From positions 854,490 to 918,489 of the forward strand of contig RHPI01002990.1 of NCBI GenBank assembly GCA_009103225.1: 64,000 bases of DNA. Direction: 5' to 3'. Both the position numbers and the translations under genes were made by a program. How positions within the stretch are numbered: position 1 is the first letter of the stretch; every line of letters begins with the position of its first letter. Below the pieces are notes generated by a model. The model did not search any database. It saw nothing but the letters and a program-made list of their open reading frames with translations, and was not told the DNA's origin. This DNA comes from Chlorokybus atmophyticus (Eukaryota; Plantae; Mesostigma and Chlorokybus algae). Positions 53,556 through 64,000 of the stretch are shown in pieces.

Positions 53556-56500
53556 GTAGGATAGAGCCACGTGGCCTAGCTATTGCACGTTGCAGCCTGT
53601 TGCAGGTTGCAGGGGCAAGCAGCAGGATAACCAATTGTTGGTGCAATGCATTGTGACTGCCGTTGCGGTTGCTGTCAGTGGGGCCTGCGTCAACCAAACG
53701 GCAACTGTCGGTCCCTTCAACGAAGGGATGCCGTTCGGTCAAGTGTGGCGGCCAAAGTCAGTCAAGCGTCACTCGTGCCTAACCAACTAACCCAACCAAG
53801 CCGGAGGAGGCGGCGACCGCTGCGGCGGCCTGCTTGGGCTCGTCGCAGTCGTCGGTTAGGGGGACGGGGTGCACACGTGGAGACTGGGTTGTTCTGCAAT
53901 TTGCGCATGCTTGCCACAATCAGCTGCACCGGCCGACCCTGCGCTGCTGTTGAGCTCAGTCCAGTGTTGTTCAGTTCAGCCGTAGCTTGCCGAAGTCGGT
54001 GGTATTGGTGGTGTTGGTCCACTGCTGCTGGTCGGTCGCCTTAGGTTCTTATGCTTGGTTGCTTGAGTGGAGGCTGCTTTGTAGGGCTTGGTGGTGAGCC
54101 CATTGCGCCTGCTGGGGCAAGGCAGCAGGGGGCGAAGGGTCAGCTGGTTCAGTATTCTCAAGCAGGCAAGTTCTAGCACTGCTGCTGTAGTAGCAGCCTG
54201 CTTCTCGTGCCGCCAGTGTCACAAGCAGAGGCTTTGCAAGTAGCAGTGCAGCAACTGACATTGTCATTGGATGTTACATGCTGCCGCATGCATGTAGTTA
54301 AAGCTAGTTCTTGACAGACGGTTCAATCCTGCTTGAGGACAAGGCCGTCATCACCTGCGCACGAGCTTCCAGCGGCAGTGACGCCTGTTCCTGACGGTAC
54401 GTCGTCAAATGTTAATAAGCTGTTCACAATCGGCACCTCGCTTTGCATGGGACTTCTCGTACAAGCATCATTCTCCAGTACTGGTTGTGCTTGGTAAATC
54501 TTGTTTTGCTCTCATTCAGGAGTGACCTGGGCTTGTGCGTGTGGTTCTCAGTGTGATGCATCTTGTCCATCTTCTCTTCCCTGAAAATTGTCTTTTCTTT
54601 GTCTTCCCCGCTCTTCCCCCCAATACGTACTCTGTGCAAGCAACGCAGTGGTGATTGTACATGCCTAGGCATGCCACAAATGTTGCATGGCGTCTTGCCG
54701 AGCTTGCTGATTGGATACAAGCCTGGCCCATCCTTGGTATGAATGAATTGTGTACTACGAGATTGCGATCTTGTAGGTCCAGTGGTCACTCATTGGAACT
54801 ATGTGTCAGCACTCAATGCACAAGCGTTGTCCTCATCTGAGGCTGTTTACCGTTGCTGCTTTGCACACTTCCGGCCCCTCGACACGCTGCACATGTGTGC
54901 CTCGCGAGTTGTCCATGTTCTAGCTGCCAAGCTTGCTTTGTAAACAGGGGCTGGTGCGCATAAAGAGAAGTAGCTGGTAGGAGGTGGTCTGCTGCTGCGC
55001 TGCCAAGATGTCTGGGGAGTCTTTCAAAATGCAGTCCGCCAGTGGTCCCATCATGGATGATCCAGACTATGTCGAGGATCAGCCATTTGCAGCTGTGGAG
55101 CCTACTGGTCGCTATGGGAGGTACTCTGAAGTTTTGGGTAAGTTCTGTAGTTGTTACAAGCCAGACTGCTCTGCTGGTTTGAGCAGTATACCTACACCAA
55201 ATCATGATTCCGAGATGGCTAATGCATACGCCTTTGGCAATCTCAGGCGAAGGTGCATGTAAAATTGTCTATAAAGCATTTGATGAGGACGAGGGCATGG
55301 AGGTGGCGTGGAATGAGTGCAAGATGCGGGTTCTTATGCACAGCAAGGGAGAGCGTGATGCTATGCATGAGGTGGAGGTTTTGAAGACATTAAACCACAA
55401 AAACGTGATGAAGCTGTACGACTCATGGATTGATGCAGTCACAGGTGAGTTGAGGTCTGGCACTTGTTAGTCATGTGGAAGCAATGACGTGTCGTGCGCC
55501 TTGTGGTGTGACGTCCAATGACATGTCATGTGACATGCTTCTCTGTGTAGGTCACGTCATCTTTATCACTGAGATCTTCACATCTGGAACCCTGCGCCAA
55601 TATCGGCATAGGCACAGGAATGCAGATATCAAAGCCGTCAAGAACTGGGCACGACAGATTCTTCGGGGTCTGCTCTACCTCCACACACACAACCCCCAGG
55701 TCATTCATCGCGACTTGAAGTGTGACAACATTTTTGTCAATGGCAACCAAGGTGAAGTCAAGATTGGGGATTTGGGCTTGGCAGCTATCATGGAGCATGC
55801 ACACGTCGCGCAAACTTGTATAGGTATGTTAAAGCGCGTATCAACTTGCAATGCTGGTGTTGCTGCATTGCTACTGTGCTGAGACATGGTCGTCCAGGTA
55901 CCCCTGAGTTCATGGCTCCTGAGCTTTATGATGAGAGTTATGATGAGAAGGTGGACATATATGCCTTTGGTGAGTTGGCATTACTATGCTGTCATGTGTT
56001 ATAGTGACATGATGTTATGATGAGAAGGTGGACATATATGCCTTTGGTGAGTTGGCATTACTATGCTGTCATATGTTGTAGTGTCATGAGCCGGAGCCTA
56101 TATATCTGTGTGCTGTCACAGGTATGTGCATGTTGGAGCTGTTGACTCAAGACGTCCCATACCGGGAATGTCGAAATGCTGCTCATGTAAGTGGTATTCT
56201 TTTTGGTGCACACTCAGTCATGCTGCTGCTCGATGGCTGTGCTGTTGGTCCTAGACAACTGTGTTGATGATCTGCTTGTCATTGGCAGATCTACAAGAAG
56301 GTCTCTTCAGGCACGCCTCCCACATGCTACGAAAAGGTCAAGGATCCAGCCACGCGCAGTTTTATTGATCTCTGCATAGCCAGGAGCCCACCAGATCGCC
56401 TTTCGGCAGCGGAGCTCCTAATGCATCCATTCCTTGCCGCTGAGCCTCCCAGGGCATTGGGCACTGGTGAAGTCCTCATTCGCATAGCCACTAAGGACCC

Positions 56501-57375
56501 CATCACGAAGTGCGCGACGTTGCCATTGCCAAAGGTGGCTAGTCAACCCGATGTCCTCTCAAGGGGCAGCAGCATGTCCGTTGCAGAACTAGGCAAAAGC
56601 AAATTGCAACCCCTGTCTTCATCCGCTGGTGACTTGCAAGCACCAACCCCTGTTCATGCAATCCACCGTGAGGAGTCCACTGAGAGCGTTGAGTTGGATG
56701 GTTGGCACTCCGATGCGCGCTCTTCGCCTGCAAGTGCGCCACAGACTCCCGAGCCAAGGCGCCAACCCCCGCCAGCCTCAGTGCGTGTGTCTGGTGCGCT
56801 CAGCCAAGAAGATCCCAGTATTTTCAACCTGAAGATCAGGATCAGGGCTTCAGATGAGAACTCAGGCCGTGTCATCAAGGTAAACATGGGGTAGGTGGCG
56901 GCAGTGCTGCAGTTGGCTGATGCGGTTGTCACAGCTAACTCGTGCTTCTGATGTAGTTCCCATACGACTTGCGTGTGGACACCGCTGTGTCCGTTGCATC
57001 GGAGCTGGTTGAGGTGCTGCAGATCGCTCACAGTTACCAAGTAATCATTGTTGAAGGCATTGAGCAAATCCTTGCGTCCGTGACCACAGAAACGGTCCTC
57101 TCCGATGCAGCTCAGGCCGCGGAGAAGGCACCAGAACATCAGCAGGCTGCTCCTCTGCCAGCCAAGGAGCAGCAATCAATACAAGAAGTGGTGAAGATTG
57201 GGGGTGAAGATTCAATGTTGGTTTACAGTGCCCGTCACCCTGCCAGCAATGGCGTGGTCTCAACAACCATTGCGCCAACCAGTTCACCAGCTGTTTCTGC
57301 AATCAGTCCTAGCAAGCCGCGCAACTCAAATGTGTCCGCATCTGCAAGGCCCGAGGTCAAGCGGTCCCCTACCAA
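53556..57375 (+). repeat. 3.82-kb direct repeat, copy 1 (WNK gene plus about 1.45 kb upstream)
   Basis: All ORFs in the track recur unchanged at an offset of +6309. Confidence 0.95.
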
Positions 57376-57412
57376 AGCAGAGTTCGTTGATCCCTATTCA
57401 TTCATGTGCTAG
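55008..57412 (+). CDS. WNK: WNK (With-No-Lysine) Ser/Thr kinase, copy 1
   Basis: [14 protein letters not shown]|[22 protein letters not shown]; [15 protein letters not shown]; [49 protein letters not shown]; [31 protein letters not shown]; ends DPYSFMC*. Confidence 0.95.
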
Positions 57413-58039
57413 AGCTGCCTTGTACATACGTACATACAACCACAATTGTGTGATATAGTCAGTTGTAGTATTGTGTAGAGTAGTAGGGGTGCGCAGCCAG
57501 CTCGGCCGTTGCAACAACAGTACACCTATGTGTTTAGATTCGTTGCATTTTGTGTTGTAGATGGAGCGCATTCCTTATTCTTGCCCCACACTTTCGCTGC
57601 GCCTCGCTGCTTCACCAAATGCTGCAGCGTGCTAGTGGCAATAAGCACATCCACTGGATAGTTGCAAAAGTGACTGTCTCCGCGGCATCACTTTGTTAGT
57701 CAGTGCATATCGATGCGAATTGTGTTGTAGCTGTATGGTGTATAGGGTGTGCAATGGCAATGAGAAACCAGTAAAATAAGCCAGGCAGGGCAGCGCAACA
57801 CGCGGCAGAAAGTAGGAGTCAGTCGGCAACCAACATACAAAACCATGTTGATAGTGTTTGGAGACGCTGGATGTACAGAGTGATGTCGTGCTGTGCGGTG
57901 CCGTCCTGTCCCCGGTCTCATCCTCTATCAGCATTGATATACATGCGTCCGATGTCAGTGCTGCCACCATACCTACCTGCTCAACAATACACATTTAACA
58001 CACAACCAAACACGTGTACCATGTCATCCTAAGCAAGTG

Positions 58040-58420
58040 CGGCGTCTGCCTCAGTAGTTGGAGGGCCTTGCGGTATAGGACCCATTTCGGCACTGCGGCT
58101 TCAGCCGCGGATCTTCGCTCCAAGATCGCTATCGCCCGCTCCCGCTACAAGGTGCATGCCACACGCCGACGGCAGTGCGGATGAAGCCCTCCACGCGCCG
58201 TGGCTCCGCCCCGCGCACTGTGGCAATATAACGCGCACACAAACGGAGCACATGCTGAAAGTTCTCTCCCAGCATCCCATGCGTCTCCATCGCAAGCGGG
58301 AAGGCGTCCCCTAGCGGGTGATCACCATACTTGCGACGCTTCGCCGCCTCCGCCACCTGCACGGCCGCGCTGGCGCGATCCCCACACGCTGTGACCGTAA
58401 CGTCCAACAACAGCTTTCAA
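58040..58420 (-). mobile_element. Second, diverged and pseudogenised RLE retrotransposon 3' end
   Basis: LLDVTVTACG...AVQVAEAAKRRKYGDH...FPLAMETHGMLG. After a frameshift it reads RRRVACTL*RERAIAILERRSAAEAAVPKW, homologous to YRQHVACELQRAQGLTIERGAAVVAAVPGW in the 4.5-kb copy. Confidence 0.75.
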
Positions 58421-58433
58421 TCGCGGCATGGCT

Positions 58434-58915
58434 CTGTCACAATTTGGAATAGATTGTGACAGATCTCACTCATGGTAGCGTCTGTTGCTATCATAGCCTA
58501 GTGGTCGGAGCCCACTTATTACAATGGTAATGGAGCTTGATGTCTCAGCCTGAGGTTCAATTCATGTAGGGGATGAAGCAGATCCAAGGGTAAGAAACAT
58601 TTAGAGCGACTTGCCTTAGGCTTGGCGCAGGTTCGCAACCTGCGCGCCGAGCTAATTTAATCTATGGCCGCGTGAGCGGTCGCGCCGCGATGGCAGGTCG
58701 CGCCGTAAGGATGGCTGGATTAAAAAAGGCCGCGGGCGGACGGGTCGTGGTACGGCCGTGACCACGGCGAGATGGGCTAGTAAGTGCTTCATTGGATAAT
58801 GAGGAGCCCGTGGATTAAATTGGGGAGGAATGTCACAATTTGGGATAAATTGTAACAGACCTCACTCATGGTGGCGTGTTGCTTTGCTACCATAGCCTAG
58901 TGGCTGGAGCCCACT
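58434..58915 (+). mobile_element. Tandem SINE-like unit: hairpin plus tRNA-type Pol III A/B boxes (396-bp period; second copy truncated)
   Basis: Direct repeat 58435-58517 vs 58831-58916. A-box TAGCCTAGTGG at 58494 (+8 from GCTATCA); B-box GGTTCAATTC at 58554. No intact cloverleaf. Confidence 0.55.
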
Positions 58916-59864
58916 TGTCACAGGCTCGGATGCCACCAGGTCCAAGCGTCTGCCCTGCACCTCTCCTGCACGGATGGGCATGAAACCGGACTGCTCGCTC
59001 CGCACCTCCTGCTGTACATGCAGGCTCCACACCTGCTGGCTCCGCTCCTATGCCGCACACGCTGGCTTCGCACCTGCTGCCGCACCTGCTGCTAGCTCCG
59101 CTCCTGTCCCGCACACGCTGCCGCCGCACTTGCTGCTGACACCACCACCCGCTACTGGCACCGCTCCCACTCCCCACCTGCTGCTGGCTCCGCAGCTGCT
59201 CCACACCTGCAGCTGCACATGCCACAGCCGATGGCGCTACCGCCGCTGTTGCCTTTGTGGATACCGTCGCCGCTGCCGCAGATGCCGCCGCTACTCCATC
59301 CAAGCCATCATCGCCGCAGCTATCGGTACTGACACCCTATCAACCTCCATGGGTTGGCGTTCGTGGCGACGCAGGCGCTCTGCCGCACGCGCAGGTGCTA
59401 AGCCAACCCGCAGATGGACACAACCACCGTCTTCTACCGGCTCTTGCTCATGTCTTGGCCTAACATGTCCCTCACATGCCCCTACGGTGCGCATACCTAG
59501 CCTAGCAGTGCATGGCCTAACAACATGCATGAACGGGCGGCGCCCAGCACCCACATACTCACCAGGCTAAGTCGCCACCCGCTCTCGCCGCCGGCCACGC
59601 CGTCCCGCACCCCACGCGCCTTCAACTGGCACTCACGCAGGCGCCTCGACAGCCGCCGCCGCCTCTACCGCTATGCCCGCCGCTAGTTTCCGCCACCGCC
59701 GCCGCATGCATCGTCAATGTTATAAAGTAACTGGCAGGCAGCAGGTTCCAGGCAAGGGCTAGCAGGCATGTACGACATACGTTGCAGGTTTGTTACGTGT
59801 TCACGCGAACTTAATGCCGCCCCTACTATAGCCCGTGAAAAGAAGGTGCGAGGGGGGGAGGGGG

Positions 59865-62800
59865 GTAGGATAGAGCCACGTGGCCTAGCTATTGCACGTT
59901 GCAGCCTGTTGCAGGTTGCAGGGGCAAGCAGCAGGATAACCAATTGTTGGTGCAATGCATTGTGACTGCCGTTGCGGTTGCTGTCAGTGGGGCCTGCGTC
60001 AACCAAACGGCAACTGTCGGTCCCTTCAACGAAGGGATGCCGTTCGGTCAAGTGTGGCGGCCAAAGTCAGTCAAGCGTCACTCGTGCCTAACCAACTAAC
60101 CCAACCAAGCCGGAGGAGGCGGCGACCGCTGCGGCGGCCTGCTTGGGCTCGTCGCAGTCGTCGGTTAGGGGGACGGGGTGCACACGTGGAGACTGGGTTG
60201 TTCTGCAATTTGCGCATGCTTGCCACAATCAGCTGCACCGGCCGACCCTGCGCTGCTGTTGAGCTCAGTCCAGTGTTGTTCAGTTCAGCCGTAGCTTGCC
60301 GAAGTCGGTGGTATTGGTGGTGTTGGTCCACTGCTGCTGGTCGGTCGCCTTAGGTTCTTATGCTTGGTTGCTTGAGTGGAGGCTGCTTTGTAGGGCTTGG
60401 TGGTGAGCCCATTGCGCCTGCTGGGGCAAGGCAGCAGGGGGCGAAGGGTCAGCTGGTTCAGTATTCTCAAGCAGGCAAGTTCTAGCACTGCTGCTGTAGT
60501 AGCAGCCTGCTTCTCGTGCCGCCAGTGTCACAAGCAGAGGCTTTGCAAGTAGCAGTGCAGCAACTGACATTGTCATTGGATGTTACATGCTGCCGCATGC
60601 ATGTAGTTAAAGCTAGTTCTTGACAGACGGTTCAATCCTGCTTGAGGACAAGGCCGTCATCACCTGCGCACGAGCTTCCAGCGGCAGTGACGCCTGTTCC
60701 TGACGGTACGTCGTCAAATGTTAATAAGCTGTTCACAATCGGCACCTCGCTTTGCATGGGACTTCTCGTACAAGCATCATTCTCCAGTACTGGTTGTGCT
60801 TGGTAAATCTTGTTTTGCTCTCATTCAGGAGTGACCTGGGCTTGTGCGTGTGGTTCTCAGTGTGATGCATCTTGTCCATCTTCTCTTCCCTGAAAATTGT
60901 CTTTTCTTTGTCTTCCCCGCTCTTCCCCCCAATACGTACTCTGTGCAAGCAACGCAGTGGTGATTGTACATGCCTAGGCATGCCACAAATGTTGCATGGC
61001 GTCTTGCCGAGCTTGCTGATTGGATACAAGCCTGGCCCATCCTTGGTATGAATGAATTGTGTACTACGAGATTGCGATCTTGTAGGTCCAGTGGTCACTC
61101 ATTGGAACTATGTGTCAGCACTCAATGCACAAGCGTTGTCCTCATCTGAGGCTGTTTACCGTTGCTGCTTTGCACACTTCCGGCCCCTCGACACGCTGCA
61201 CATGTGTGCCTCGCGAGTTGTCCATGTTCTAGCTGCCAAGCTTGCTTTGTAAACAGGGGCTGGTGCGCATAAAGAGAAGTAGCTGGTAGGAGGTGGTCTG
61301 CTGCTGCGCTGCCAAGATGTCTGGGGAGTCTTTCAAAATGCAGTCCGCCAGTGGTCCCATCATGGATGATCCAGACTATGTCGAGGATCAGCCATTTGCA
61401 GCTGTGGAGCCTACTGGTCGCTATGGGAGGTACTCTGAAGTTTTGGGTAAGTTCTGTAGTTGTTACAAGCCAGACTGCTCTGCTGGTTTGAGCAGTATAC
61501 CTACACCAAATCATGATTCCGAGATGGCTAATGCATACGCCTTTGGCAATCTCAGGCGAAGGTGCATGTAAAATTGTCTATAAAGCATTTGATGAGGACG
61601 AGGGCATGGAGGTGGCGTGGAATGAGTGCAAGATGCGGGTTCTTATGCACAGCAAGGGAGAGCGTGATGCTATGCATGAGGTGGAGGTTTTGAAGACATT
61701 AAACCACAAAAACGTGATGAAGCTGTACGACTCATGGATTGATGCAGTCACAGGTGAGTTGAGGTCTGGCACTTGTTAGTCATGTGGAAGCAATGACGTG
61801 TCGTGCGCCTTGTGGTGTGACGTCCAATGACATGTCATGTGACATGCTTCTCTGTGTAGGTCACGTCATCTTTATCACTGAGATCTTCACATCTGGAACC
61901 CTGCGCCAATATCGGCATAGGCACAGGAATGCAGATATCAAAGCCGTCAAGAACTGGGCACGACAGATTCTTCGGGGTCTGCTCTACCTCCACACACACA
62001 ACCCCCAGGTCATTCATCGCGACTTGAAGTGTGACAACATTTTTGTCAATGGCAACCAAGGTGAAGTCAAGATTGGGGATTTGGGCTTGGCAGCTATCAT
62101 GGAGCATGCACACGTCGCGCAAACTTGTATAGGTATGTTAAAGCGCGTATCAACTTGCAATGCTGGTGTTGCTGCATTGCTACTGTGCTGAGACATGGTC
62201 GTCCAGGTACCCCTGAGTTCATGGCTCCTGAGCTTTATGATGAGAGTTATGATGAGAAGGTGGACATATATGCCTTTGGTGAGTTGGCATTACTATGCTG
62301 TCATGTGTTATAGTGACATGATGTTATGATGAGAAGGTGGACATATATGCCTTTGGTGAGTTGGCATTACTATGCTGTCATATGTTGTAGTGTCATGAGC
62401 CGGAGCCTATATATCTGTGTGCTGTCACAGGTATGTGCATGTTGGAGCTGTTGACTCAAGACGTCCCATACCGGGAATGTCGAAATGCTGCTCATGTAAG
62501 TGGTATTCTTTTTGGTGCACACTCAGTCATGCTGCTGCTCGATGGCTGTGCTGTTGGTCCTAGACAACTGTGTTGATGATCTGCTTGTCATTGGCAGATC
62601 TACAAGAAGGTCTCTTCAGGCACGCCTCCCACATGCTACGAAAAGGTCAAGGATCCAGCCACGCGCAGTTTTATTGATCTCTGCATAGCCAGGAGCCCAC
62701 CAGATCGCCTTTCGGCAGCGGAGCTCCTAATGCATCCATTCCTTGCCGCTGAGCCTCCCAGGGCATTGGGCACTGGTGAAGTCCTCATTCGCATAGCCAC

Positions 62801-63684
62801 TAAGGACCCCATCACGAAGTGCGCGACGTTGCCATTGCCAAAGGTGGCTAGTCAACCCGATGTCCTCTCAAGGGGCAGCAGCATGTCCGTTGCAGAACTA
62901 GGCAAAAGCAAATTGCAACCCCTGTCTTCATCCGCTGGTGACTTGCAAGCACCAACCCCTGTTCATGCAATCCACCGTGAGGAGTCCACTGAGAGCGTTG
63001 AGTTGGATGGTTGGCACTCCGATGCGCGCTCTTCGCCTGCAAGTGCGCCACAGACTCCCGAGCCAAGGCGCCAACCCCCGCCAGCCTCAGTGCGTGTGTC
63101 TGGTGCGCTCAGCCAAGAAGATCCCAGTATTTTCAACCTGAAGATCAGGATCAGGGCTTCAGATGAGAACTCAGGCCGTGTCATCAAGGTAAACATGGGG
63201 TAGGTGGCGGCAGTGCTGCAGTTGGCTGATGCGGTTGTCACAGCTAACTCGTGCTTCTGATGTAGTTCCCATACGACTTGCGTGTGGACACCGCTGTGTC
63301 CGTTGCATCGGAGCTGGTTGAGGTGCTGCAGATCGCTCACAGTTACCAAGTAATCATTGTTGAAGGCATTGAGCAAATCCTTGCGTCCGTGACCACAGAA
63401 ACGGTCCTCTCCGATGCAGCTCAGGCCGCGGAGAAGGCACCAGAACATCAGCAGGCTGCTCCTCTGCCAGCCAAGGAGCAGCAATCAATACAAGAAGTGG
63501 TGAAGATTGGGGGTGAAGATTCAATGTTGGTTTACAGTGCCCGTCACCCTGCCAGCAATGGCGTGGTCTCAACAACCATTGCGCCAACCAGTTCACCAGC
63601 TGTTTCTGCAATCAGTCCTAGCAAGCCGCGCAACTCAAATGTGTCCGCATCTGCAAGGCCCGAGGTCAAGCGGTCCCCTACCAA
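59865..63684 (+). repeat. 3.82-kb direct repeat, copy 2 (ends at a single N)
   Basis: Identical to 53556-57375 wherever checked. Confidence 0.95.
61317..63684 (+). CDS. WNK: WNK kinase, copy 2 (last ~12 codons cut off at the N break)
   Basis: Same exons as copy 1, at +6309. Confidence 0.9.
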
Positions 63685-63685
63685 N

Positions 63686-63905
63686 GAACCATGCGGGACC
63701 AGTTGCGGCTGTGGGAACAAGCACAGAGGAATGCAGAGGTACGCTCAACAGTCACATACATTTCCTTGCAAGAGCAATTTGTTTTTGAGCGCAGTCCATG
63801 TGATATATGTAGCGTGGCTGCAGGCCTCCACTATTCACCCATACCCACTCTACAGTCAAGCCGACATTGCGGAAGCAAGAGCAGATAGACAGAGCTGGGC
63901 GGCGG
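63686..63905 (+). CDS. Internal exons of an unidentified gene on the next contig
   Basis: TMRDQLRLWEQAQRNAE followed by a GT donor; a second AG/GT-bounded segment near 63856-63903. Confidence 0.3.
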
Positions 63906-64000
63906 TATGTTGTTACCAATCTCGCTGTGCATGTTGACTGCAATGTCGGCTCCAATGCATGCCTACCTTTCCATGCTAGGATGTGCGTGAGCGTGCGAAG

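Noticed and set aside
54300-54790. Minus-strand ORF(s) upstream of WNK
   Set aside because: No recognisable motif or consistent exon chain. Probably 5' UTR/intron DNA of WNK.
58487-58575. Functional tRNA gene
   Set aside because: A and B boxes are present, but the acceptor, anticodon and T stems do not pair. Treated as a tRNA-derived head instead.
58434-58920. CRISPR-like array
   Set aside because: Only two ~85-bp repeat units at a 396-bp period, in a eukaryotic context with no cas genes.

Overview
Intron-rich eukaryotic nuclear DNA with GC-rich exons, GT-AG introns and many (CA)n/GCAT tracts. The gene set (plant-type TOUSLED N-terminus, WNK, PAS2/HACD, Miro) suggests a green-lineage genome, probably a streptophyte alga (inference). 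Genes recovered by manually splicing exons: a bacterial-like DUF885-type HExxH protein, a SET-domain methyltransferase, UTP6, an orphan coiled-coil gene, a SnoaL/NTF2-like protein, a TOUSLED kinase with an unexpected internal Myb domain, Miro, PAS2, a tRNA-binding OB-fold protein, MEMO1, RPB11, MRD1/RBM19 and two apparently identical WNK copies. Non-genic features: two decayed RLE-type non-LTR retrotransposon 3' ends, a tandem hairpin plus tRNA-promoter-like (SINE-like) unit, a cryptic local repeat family at 21-27.5 kb, and (CT)n arrays and N gaps that are probably partly assembly artefacts. No rRNA, intact tRNA or CRISPR array was found. The most notable observations are the Myb-TOUSLED fusion, the intron-bearing bacterial-type metallopeptidase-like gene, and the SINE-like/RLE cassette lying between the WNK duplicates. 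All alignments were done by eye; no database search was run.
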